From assembly GCF_009834535.1 (NCBI RefSeq), contig NC_045697.1, positions 10,604,001-10,664,000 on the forward strand: a stretch of 60,000 nucleotides of DNA, written 5' to 3'. The notes beneath the pieces were generated by a model that was not told where the DNA came from, did no database searches, and saw nothing but the letters and a program-made list of their open reading frames with translations. Shown one piece after another: positions 23,905 to 35,483 of this stretch. The position numbers and the translations under genes were made by a program. How positions within the stretch are numbered: the stretch's first letter is position 1; each line of letters begins with the position of its first letter. Source of the DNA: Camelus ferus (Eukaryota).

Positions 23905-24267
23905 TTTTGTAAATAAGTTCCTTTGCCTTTTGTTTTTTTTAGATTCACAGACATAGAAAATAAACTTATGGTTGGAAGGCAGGAAGGGGATGGGAAGGGA
24001 CAAATTGGGAATTCAAGATTTGCAGACATTAACTAATATATATAAAATAGATCAACAAGTTCATACTCTATAGCACAGAGAACTATATTCAATATCTTAT
24101 AGTAACTTATGGTGAAAAAGAATATGAAAACAAATACCTGTATGTTCATGTATGACTGAAGCATTATGCTGTATGCCAGAAGTTGACACAGCATTGTAAA
24201 CTGACTATACTTCTAAAAAATAAATATACACAAAAAATCCATTTCCGTTACTGAAAAAAAAAAAAAA
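23905..24267 (+). mobile_element. L1 3' fragment with 5' inversion
   Basis: Inverted L1 segment 23905-23946 followed by forward L1 3' UTR and poly(A). TSD ACCCAAATG at 23896-23904 and 24268-24276. Confidence 0.92.
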
Positions 24268-24825
24268 ACCCAAATGATAAGAATGGTTTGGGCTTTCTAA
24301 CGTTTTCAGTTAATATAATTGTCTGTTATTACTGTATCGTCCAGATTGAAAAGAAACATGAATTAATCTTGCATTAAAATGCTACATAAGAAGCCACACA
24401 CAGCAAAGTACATACTGTGTCATTCTAGCTCACGTGAAATACAGAATCAAACACAACTCTGATGCTAAACGCCAGTGGTTATACTTGGGGAGGGGTGGAT
24501 CGCTGTGCTCACTTCACGGAAATTCATACCTATGTATTTATGATATGAACACTTCTTTCCATATAAAATATACTTTGGAAAAGAGTTTCAAAAACACTAC
24601 ATGAAAGGCATCCTGCATGCAAAGTTCTACATGAAAATAAAAAACATTTTTTGAACCATCTGAAATGTCTACATTTGATCTTAAGGGCTCTTAATGTTGA
24701 CTAATTACCAACAATTCACTGACTTCAATTAATTTGATCGACTGGTTTGTTTTTATGTCAAAGCCTTTAAACATTAAAAAGTTACATTTAAAATTGCTAA
24801 TTGCCAAGCCCCCCCTCATTGGATT

Positions 24826-24844
24826 TAGCCTCTAGATGGCAGCA
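24826..24844 (+). promoter_or_regulatory. Candidate CTCF site
   Basis: TAGCCTCTAGATGGCAGCA closely fits the CCASYAGRKGGCRS core, in non-repeat intron 5 sequence. Confidence 0.55.
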
Positions 24845-27800
24845 GGGACTCACATAAACTCAACACATAGGCTGTAGATGTTACCTGAGAAGTTAATAAC
24901 AAAATTTAGTTTGCAACAAATTGTTAGTTTATAACCACTCAATGATTGGTGTCAATATGTTTTTAGAAAAATGTTTTGCAAATAAGAAACTTTGGGGAAA
25001 ATAATTCTGATGCAGAATATGAATACTTTTGCATCTTCACCAAAAGCAACATCTTAGGCAGTATGCATTCATATATTTACAAGCAGGGTGGCCAAGTGTC
25101 CATTTTTGCACCAAAGGTCCCATGTTCCCAGGAAACCTCTCAGTCTTGGGTAAATGAGGAATCATTCACCCCAGTTTCGGTAATGAGTTATTCCAAGGAG
25201 TTCATTGCTGTTCTCATAAAAACATACTTTCCCTCAGCAGTATTACACAAGTGCTTTGGGTTTTCCAAACTAATCCTAAAAAGTCTATTACACAATGGTG
25301 AACAATATTTCTTATGGTTAACAAGTTGCAGTGGGACGTGTACTAGGGTAGAAACAGGAGACTTGGGTTCTAGTGCCACTAACTTACACTGTGTGAGCCT
25401 GAGAAAGTCACTTTCCCTCTGAGTTTCCCTGGCATCACAAAGCTAGAAACTCGATTAGATCGGTGCTTCTCAAACTGCAAAGATGAGGGGTATGGATGTT
25501 CACAAGGTATCTACGATTATTTTAAAAGTTTGGGTGTCAAGGACCACCTTTAAAAATTGCCATTTAGAATGACCACCTTGGAATACATTTTTGTCAGTCT
25601 TAAAGGTCTGCATCGGTATTTATGAGGTTGACATTACACCAGAGCAATGAGTTATTAAATGATACATTCATGCAAAATGAGGCCAAATGACCCAAAACAA
25701 TGAGTCTGGTGTAGTGTCAACAGTAGGGAGGAAAGGCTGAGTCACAGCAATGTGCCTGGAGCTTTATTTACCACGCCAAATCTCAAACATTCCATACCAT
25801 GCCAAGTCAGGATCGCCACCTGACCAGAAGATTTCACACTGGGACTCTTGTTCTCCTCCCCATCACGTCCAAATTATTCGTCATTCATCATGCTCCAGAC
25901 TCATTTTGTCACATAAGAAGTCAAAGTGAACTTGGGAAGCAAACAGCAGGCCCAAGTCCACCTGGATGGGAGAACGCCTAGCCATGAACTCCTAGAGGGC
26001 GCGCCTGAAGTTCTGATGGGATATTTCTCACTTCGTCTCTTATTTTGTCTTTATTTTCACCTATGTTTAACTGCTCTAAAAGAAAGGTTGACTGCTTCTT
26101 TGTCAACTTTGGGTACTGAGGGTCTCTTGTTCACGGTGGGTGATCAGTGAATGTGGGTTTAAGGACTGGGCTTTGTTTCATTTGATCCATTTAGAAGATT
26201 AGCCATATGTTCGGAGTGTCCAAGTCAGAAACTGTCTTTGTTCCTTTATTGAATTAATGCCTTTACTCAAAAGATCATCAATCAGTAAAATAAATGAACA
26301 GCATCACAGCGCTGCAAAACAACACTGAATTTCAATGCAACATAGTTAAAAAGACCCACATTTCTGCTACCCAGTTATGAATCCAATTAAAATGAAAGCA
26401 TAGATCATTAAAAAAAAACTGTACTAAACAGAATTCTGGGATAGAATTCAGCAACTTTCAAAGCTGATTTTCAAACCCATAGCTCATTGTAAATTTTACA
26501 TTTAAATTAAAGATGGGAACATCAAAAGCCCACAGAGGCAGGCAGAAAGCATGTGGGCACAGTGTAGGGTACCGACCTTTGGGAGCTGGGGGAGCAAAGA
26601 TAGGGTGCGCCAGATGTTCTGCAACTCCAGCAAGTGCCACCTCGATGGAAGACCAGTATTGCCGGATCTTCCAATTATTTACAAAAATCTGGGAGTCTGG
26701 ATTTGTATGTAAAATCTCCCATTTTCATTTTTAAATTTTTTTTCCTGTTTTTAAATATTAGCAACAAATCAAAGAAAAAAATTTTAAATACTACACAAAT
26801 TGATGGTCTCCATTTATAATCTCAAATTTAACACTGCTATTTACACACAAATAGAAAATGAAAAAGTTATGCTTTTTGTTGCTGTTGATTTAGACATTCC
26901 CTATTATTTGATGCTCTTTAAAGCAAAAAAAAAAATTATGTGAATTAATGTTTTTGGGTTTTTTTTAAACAACTACCAATCAACTCTTAGGATATGAGAA
27001 TGAAAGAAATTCACCTCACACAAAAAGTGAATAAAATTTCAATCAAATGATAATCAAACTACTTTCAGCTCTCTCACATTTGACAGAAAAGCCTTCAAGT
27101 TTAATGCAGGACAACAAAATTTCCTGGAAAATTTTAGCAGAAGACAGGACTTTTTTTATGATATATTAGCACTACATCTTCTATATTTTATATGGACGGA
27201 CCAATTTGCTCTCATATACACTTAGAAGTAAATATTTAAAGTTTTTAAAGAGTATAGCTAAACCTTTAAAATTTGTAGCAATTTGTTGTACCAATTTCTA
27301 CTGACAATGAAATTAGCCAATAAGAGCCAAATAAATTTCAGTGTGTAACTGGTCTCTTACTTTTTAAAAATAATTTTTCAATTTGAGTATCGATTTTAAA
27401 TAACTAGCCCTCTCATTAAGAAAGTCTCATGATTTTCAAGGCATACTGGCTCAATTTCTTTGCTAGAAGCTTGTGGCCACCAAGCCAGGAATTGATATCA
27501 CATCCTAACAACAAAAATAAATGAACTTTGAAAACAGCCGTCTTCCTAAAATGACCGGGATTCAATTTTCACTACAGTAATTAGTAAAAGCTGACTTACC
27601 GCACTTGGAAACTTAGAAACACCTCTGTACTGGAGAAATAAAGGCATGCATGGCTTCTCCTTTTCACCGTTGCTTATAACCTTTATGAAATTCTGAAAAA
27701 TGCAGTGATGACAGGTGCAAAGGAAAGTTGGCTTTTTCTGGAGTAAGACACATCTGTGTAAACCATCCACAGCGAGATGTGGAAATGTAATCTTCTGCTG

Positions 27801-30800
27801 ATGGTCAAACAGGCTTACACAAACACATGTCAATGTCTGTGGAATTAAACATTCCACAGCTTGCCTTTGGAAAAGCCCAGAGAGAACACGACCACATATA
27901 TTCTACATATAGGGAAGCTTTCTCCTTAACATCTATGCCTTTCTTAATTAAAAAAATTTTTTTTTAATTTTTAAAGAAAACAGAACGTATGAAATGTTAG
28001 AGTACTCAAGACTCATTTAAAAGCCAACCTCATTTTTAATTCTAACATTTAGTGTACAGCCACAAATTGGAACTGAGCCTGATTAAAAGGCAAGTGGACT
28101 ACTGTGGGCTTCTGAGCGGAGTTTTAAAAAATCATATACAAAGATTATTTGTCAACAGAATCCAATCTCTGCTGAGGTCAACATAAGCCGGAGGTTAACA
28201 CCTCCTTTTCTTCCTCTTTCTGCCTTCTGGTTTTGTTGGCATTCCTTCCCCTCTTATTTTATCTAATCTTCTGATGTGGGGACGTAACTTCCTTCTCCTT
28301 TCTATCTAATCATAATAGAGAAATCCTTGCTTTCGCCTAGTCTTTACTCTCACTGGCTAGTTTTGATTACTTGCAAACAACACACAGACATTATTTCAAC
28401 TCATGATTTGAAGATACTTGCAAACCAGTAAGTGTTCAAGAAGGAAGACATCAAAATAGCTACTTAAATTTGAAAGCTTCAAGGCAAAGAAGTTTAAACT
28501 TCTAGTCTGAATTTGAAGTAAACAAAACAGTCTCAAATACTACTCTTATTTAGGCCTATTTATAATTCATATATAAATTCAGTGCTTTGTGTGAAATAAA
28601 TTAGTTGTCAATGTGTCACTTAGCCTCAAATGGTTGATCAAATTTGGTTTAATTATACTGAAATTTAAAATTGTGATATTAATTAGTAAGTTTTACTTGG
28701 TTGGGGGAAAATATCTTAACTGAATGTGTTGGAGGTTACAGACTCACATCTGTGTATGTAAGAAAATTTAAGAATTTTCTAAATTAAAATAGACTCAGGA
28801 GAAAAAACTTATCTAAATTTGTTTGATGGGTCTGAGTTCTCAAGAATAAAAAATACATACAGCATTCAAGTTTCTTTCTGACATTGAAGCTTTCATATAT
28901 TTTGGTATCTAAAACCTAATAAAAATAATGCAGTCAGTTCCGGGTGAACTATAACGCGTATATTGCATAATTATATGTAATGTGAATAAAAATCCAGTTT
29001 AAAAATAGAAGCCTAATACAGGACATATGCTCCACTAAAATAAATAACCCTCAAAGCCTATTATTATATATGTGAACATTTATTTGGGTAAATAAGTAAC
29101 TACATGCAATAAAGACTTTTCCTGAAATTACATCACATGCATTTATATCAAGTGAAAACTATTAACTTGTTAAGTAAGTAATCATGCTGACAAGAACCCC
29201 TAAGGGCAAGTCTTTTCAAATGACACTTTGTCACTTGAGCCTCATCTTTGATGTCCATGGTGTACAAGGAGGGAGAGGCATGGCTGTCCAAGTCTTTGGA
29301 TGCATGAAGGATGTAAGTTTCAGGCTTAAAGGAAATGCACAAGGGGCTTTGGGCTATACCTGACATTTCTCTGGCGGTTGGGGAGAAGGTAATTACTCCT
29401 CTGTGCATTCCTGAAAATATTTCAAATGCAAAGCAGAGAGAGACGGGACATCTGGAATTACCATCAACCTGATCCTAAGCTGCTTTGCAGAATGCAAAGT
29501 GAAGAAACAGATTCAAATTATGTACGGAGAGACAGAGGTAGAGGCACACAGGGAAACAGGAGTTGGGGTGGTGGGTAGAGAGAGAGACACTCACATCCCA
29601 ATCTTGCAGAGAAAACACACACAACAAAGCTCCCTGGTGGTCAAACAAGGGTGCGTGAAATGAGCTAACACTCAGTTGTAATTTGTTAAAGAGCATATTG
29701 TTAAGGTCTATTATTTGACTATTTTCAGCAGAAGTTATGCCCTTGTTCAAAAAATGACTTCCCTGGAATCAGCGGCAGTGCATTAGCTTCTGCTTTCTGA
29801 GGAGATTTTTTCGGTTGTTCAGGGTTAATTTTTAGTGCACCTAATTCAGCAGGTAATGCTGAGCATGGTAGGTCATCTAAAAGAGACGACCACCAGTTTC
29901 CTTCCCAGAGGTCGGACCGCCGCGTTGCCAGGGTCCTGGCAATCTTTCCACATGTGCTCTGTGCAAATGTAAGAAAGTGCTTGTGCCCTGACTTTTTTGT
30001 TTTCAATCACTGACGCTGTGTTCTACACAGGGTCTGCCACCTGCTTGTCTCACTGCATCTCACTTGGGGACTGTTTTATATCAGCAAATCTAGAGCTGGC
30101 CAGTGCTCTCTCCCCTGGGTATACTGCATGCCGCTGAATGGTCCCCCTGACAGCATACATCTTACCAGGCCCCTACTGGCGGCCACACTTAAAGACTCTT
30201 CCTCTTGAGTTTGCAGCTAGAGCTTTAGAACTTTAAATTGTTCTGTTCAATTCTGTTTTCTGCTTAAACTCCCCAATATCAGTTATTTAGCAACTTGAAA
30301 AATCTTCCTCACGGCTACTGAGAAATGCGGTAGAGACACCTCAGGGAAGAGGCTGACTGCCTCTCCTCGCTGTCTCTGTGTCTCCTTAAGGCATTATTCA
30401 TGTCATAGGCACTTTTTTTTCCCCTGGATTTGACACATCAGTTGAATGAATGAGGAAATGTGAAGAGAGGACCAAATATCCCAACCAGAGGGCCAGTACC
30501 ATGACGCAAACTCCTCAACCAAGGAACCTGATTTGGACCCAACTTAATATCCTTGTCCTAAAAGCCGGGCACGTCCCATCTGTCACTCAACTGGAAAACT
30601 TTTGGCAGCAGTAGGAGCTGCAGAAGAAACACCATGAAGCGTACTCCAGGCTTCAAGAGAGGATTTCAGCTTAATCGCAAATTCTAGAAGACTGGGTATA
30701 TGATGAGAAAATTAATTCCATTCTACAATATTCTCAATTTGCCAAATTCAGGGACTCTACCCGTCCTTCAAGACACCTACGATGTACAAACCAACTAGCA

Positions 30801-31193
30801 AATACTTGCTCTGCCCTCCTGCCTGCTGCCTGGCTCTAGGGAGCTACTCAGAGGAGGGGGTGCCGTTCTGGGAGGTGAACGCTTTCTGCGGCCAGAGGTG
30901 TATCAGGATGTCTTCAAATGAAAAACTACCAAAGGGCTGGCTCATCACATAAGCTAGAGCAGCTTGGTTACAACGCTAACTTCTGCTTAAAAGTGACATA
31001 TTTTTGAGCTGTCCTGGGACAAGCATCTCTGTCCTCTCTTTTCTGTTTTGGGGTTTTTTTTAGTTTTTAGTTTTGTTTTTGTTTTTTTTTTTTTGGTGGT
31101 TGTTGTTTCAAACTCATGGGCTTAACAGTTAAAACACGAGACATTTCTCATTGACCTAAAACACCATCAGCTGTTGTCCAAGATTCTACTTGC

Positions 31194-31399
31194 CTTATAA
31201 ATATACAAATCACCAAGAGGGAGACTGCAAAGTATTTCCTAAGGTAGGTGCCATTTTTCTTCTGTCGCTGGTGCATTTCTCCACCACACTTGTTACAGCA
31301 ACGACACACGCTAAAGAAAAACCCCACCAGGGGCATCAAGATAATGAACAGCAATCCCAGGGCAGCACAGGTAATAATTCCGATCTCATAGTAGATAAT
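31194..31399 (-). CDS. PROM1: Prominin-1 exon 5 (206 nt): TM1, Cys-rich CRCCNKCGG motif, start of TM2
   Basis: Encodes [68 protein letters not shown](S). ttgcag acceptor and AAG|GCAAGT (GC) donor. Confidence 0.97.
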
Positions 31400-33448
31400 C
31401 TGCAAGTCAAACAAAAGAAACAGCACATGCTGTAACACAAAATCACACGTAGAACATTCCACAGGGTACACATTTCATGCTTTTTAACCTATTTGCCATC
31501 ATGAGTTAAATTGTAAGGAGTGTGTGTGTGTATGTGTGTGTGCATCCATTCTGAAGATCCTTCTTGAAACAGAGGAAGCAGACATTTGAGTTATCAGAAC
31601 ATGGGACCAAGCCATTACTAAATTCTTTCAACTTCCAGGAAAATATCCAAATGCAAGGCCAAGCTGCAAGTGAATTTCAGCCTCAAAGGTATTTTGTTTA
31701 AATGGCATGACAAATTTTGGCAGGAATACTTGCATAATGAATAACCTACACCAAGGGTGCTTTTCACCAGATAGAACTAATAGTCATCATTAAGGATTCA
31801 AAGCAGTTTGGACTGGATCAATTAATGATAAATTCATAGTTAGTTGCAAAAGAGTCTGGAATATATCTACATTTAGGAAAAAGGCTCAGACTTTCCGAAT
31901 CAGACATGTGAATCACAGGTGACTCAGTTTCCCCATCCATACACTGGGAATAATAATATATACTTTGTAAGGTCACGGTGAACGTTACAGATAATCTGCG
32001 ATTAGCAATAACGTACCAAGTACCTGGCACGGAGCAGATGCTTAATAAGTGAGGCTGCGCTCGGCAGCCTGTCTCAGATCGTTCCTAGGTTCCTAGGTTC
32101 CTAGGAACTGGCCCAATTGCTAGATACAATCACATGACCTAAACATATTTTCCTGGCTTTATTCCAGGATAAAAAAAAATTAATGCAACTGGATAAAACT
32201 TGTTCTTGTTCCAATCCATGTCTGCAGTTACTCACAGTTTTCATAAAGCAAGACATTTTTAAAGAATGATAGGAAATTACAGGTTGGCAGTTTGCAGCTA
32301 TGGGCCAGCTAGATAGCAATATGTTCTGAAGCCAAGCTGAGCAAAGCGAAACAAAGCCCAAGGCTCGTTGCTAGAAGCACATGTGATGTCTTGGGAGAGA
32401 GCACTGAACTTAGAGTCAGAAGGCCTAATTAAATCCCAGCAGCGGGCTTCTCATTCTCTAAACTGCGAAGCGCTGCATTGCTAGCACTAATGTCACAGGC
32501 ATATTGCAAAGGACAGCTAATTAAATAATGTAATGTGTCAGCAATTAGCCAACTTCCCAGCACGCAGCAAATATTCGATCAATATTAGCTAACTCTGTGG
32601 GCAAATGCTTGTAAGTATTAAGCCAGGTGCACATGGCCCTTGAGTATTATCTACTCCCATATTAAGGTTAAAATGCTAAAAAAAAAAAAAAAAAAGGGAG
32701 AAAAAAAGTGATTAAATTTTTGCCACCTTCATCACTTACACACTCTTCCTTAAACTCAGCCCGACACTGCGGCCACGAAGAGTCACTATTTGCTGGTGCG
32801 TAACCCGGCCTTGAGGACTCACATCACTGGCTAATAGAGAAACCAACCCCAGACACTCCAAACTCTTACTTAGTTTGCTTTCATTTCTCAGCAAATATTC
32901 TAAATCGTTACTTAAAAAAAAAACAAAACTGTTACTATTTTAAAAGGAATTTAAAATCCTTTCTGAAGCCCGAGACACTGAACCCAAACCCAGAAGAGAA
33001 AGGTGTATTAAAACGTTTTAAATGTGCTCTTTAGCTCCAAATGCAAATTTTATGTTTTATGTACAACTTTCCCAATGTTTCTGACTAAATATGAGGTCAA
33101 ACAGAGTCAGGAACAAGGTACGTCATTTCCAGAGTCCCCGTCTAGGCTGAAGTCTGGCCAAGGTCTGGCAAGGACCTCAGTTATTTCCTGATATACCAAG
33201 ATCTCCGGAGGCCTTTGTGGACTGTGTTGAAGAGATCAAGATTTAAATTTGCCGAGATGGGTGGCTATTCTTTCATGAACCACTAAAGCTGAAATAGAAG
33301 ATGAAAGATGATGGAAGAAACAAAAGAGAAACAAGTAATTTTAAAACCATCACAGTGGAGAGGACAGTGACCAGAGCGTTCAGGCCAAAGCATCACACCA
33401 CTCATGGGCTTTAGACAGAGCGACGTGAAACAGCGGCCAGGACTTTAC

Positions 33449-33475
33449 CTTCAGAGTCAGGACTACGTTTTCTGG
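33449..33475 (-). CDS. PROM1: Prominin-1 27-nt alternative microexon 4, PENVVLTLK
   Basis: ctacag|CCAGAAAACGTAGTCCTGACTCTGAAG|gtaaag. Phase 0/0. Matches the human PETVILGLK microexon. Confidence 0.93.
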
Positions 33476-35115
33476 CTGTAGAAGTCAAAGCCGTTGTGCC
33501 CGCAGAGGCAGCATGCAGTGAGAAAACAGAAAAGTTACTGGAGTGATCAACCACCACGAAGAACATTAATACCCGACACAGAGAAAATCAAGGGAGAGAG
33601 GACACCAGACAGGAATGTGAAAGGAGTGTTCATCAGAGAAACGGTGCTGCAGGTGGAGTCAAGTTCTAAGGCTCACGTTTGAATTCACATTTGGATTCCT
33701 TGAAAGGTCCTTAATCATATGCTAATCAGTCATGGACCAGGGAATGGGAGGGAGAGCTACAAATGCTTAATGCACTAACCACATGGTCTCTGTAAAAGAG
33801 AATCAGCAGGCTGCCTAGAACCCCAGAGCCCAAGGCACCACCTTCCAAGTGCCCTTTCCAATATGAAGCTCTGATGGGGCATTCCCCTGCTGAATAGCAT
33901 CCCAGGGGCTCCCACCACGTGGAATTCACACTCCTCCACGTGGGCCTCTGCTGCCCGGCTGCACGTCCTGTTCTTCTTGACCAGTCTAGTCCCCAGGAAG
34001 CGTCATGCTCTCTCCCCTTCTTCACTCTGGGCTCCCTCCTGCCACCTCCTCACCCAGAACATTATTCCCATCACTGCTCCCCTGATGAAACTCAAGTCTA
34101 AGTTTGGACGTTGCTTCTTCCAGCAAGTCTGTCTTGATAACCATGTCTGAGTTTGCTGTAAATCCTTCCTTCATGGAGTCCTACACTTGTCCCTTCATGG
34201 CACTCACCTGACTTAGGGTGACGGCTCCCTTGTGGCCGATTCCTGAGCCTGCTGCAGCCCCAGGGGAGGGAGAACTGTGACAGTCACACTCCCCGCTCTT
34301 TCCCGGGCACCCACCAGGGGCTTGGCAGATGACAGCTGCCCAATTGCAATCAGATACACTAGTGAATTGAGGGACAGTGCTCCAATTAATCTCCCATTAC
34401 CACTCCCCCGGGAACCTTTTGAGCAGTATCAATAACCAGCCGACCCTGACCAACTACATAGGAGTCTCTGGGGGACAGGTCTTGGCATGGTTAAAATGCG
34501 ACTCTGAGCCTGAGTTACCATGGCGACAGAATGAGGGCGATGCATGTTCTGTGCATTATTCTGTTCTCAGCACTTGGCATGTACTATTTAACATATATTA
34601 GGTGGAAGTGTCTGCCGGAGTAAAGCTCAATCAGTAATAATAATAGTAATAATAACGCACGTCAGCATCATCTTCAGCCCTAAACTCCCGGGAGCCTCAG
34701 ACAATGACGCGGTCAGGGACTATCTCGTACTGCTTCCTGTCTCAATGCTTTCTGAGATCCCAAAAGATACCTCCCTTACTGGGGGGAGGAGAGTGTGTTC
34801 TTACACACTTACTTACACACTTAAAGCAGCTTACCCTCTAGGAGGGCAGGAAACAAGGAACCAAGGCATGTGTCTTTCACAAACGTGTAGGGTGAGTTCC
34901 AAACATGGCGAACCCACCTGGAAAAAGCAGCGGGGCTGTGTCCCAAGCCCTGTGCCTGCCCCCGACGAAGCTCCACCTGGAACGATGGCCTGCCATTTAC
35001 TACGTGCCGAATCCCTACCCCATGACTTGCAGCACGAGTGAGGTTGGGCAAAGCAGCCTTTATCAGAACTTCTTATATGATGTGTATCTCTCTCTGGGCT
35101 GCCCCCCGGCTCTAC

Positions 35116-35483
35116 TGTGTCAGTCGTCTAGGGCTGCCGTAACAAGTACCACTCACTTGGTGGCTTAAACAACAGAAGTTTATTTTCTCACAGTCCTGGA
35201 GGCCGGAAAGTCTAAGATCAAGGCGTTGACCGGGTTAGTTTCTAAGACCTCTCCCCTTGGCTTGCAGGTGGCCATCATGCTTCCTATGTCTTCAGATGCT
35301 CTTTTCTCTGTGTGTGTGTCCTAATTGCCTCTTCTTGTAAGGATCCCAGTCAGAGTGGATTAATGACCCCATTTTAACTTCATTACTCCTCTAAAGACCT
35401 CATCTCTAAATGCAATCCCATTCTGAGGTACAGAGGATTAGGACGTCAACATACGCGTTTTGGGCACAGTTCAGCCCATGACA
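35116..35483 (-). mobile_element. MaLR solo LTR (MLT1A-D type)
   Basis: AGGGCTGCCGTAACAAGTACCAC...GGCTTAAACAACAGAAGTTTATTTTCTCACAG. 5-bp TSD TCTAC / TCCAC. Confidence 0.85.

Noticed and set aside
23385..23912. 175-aa ORF antisense to exon 6
   Set aside because: GTG start in a GC-rich patch with no homology or splice support.
31148..31193. Exon 5 read-through ([19 protein letters not shown]) implying a truncated or pseudogenised PROM1
   Set aside because: Explained by the GC donor, which restores a continuous frame into exon 6.
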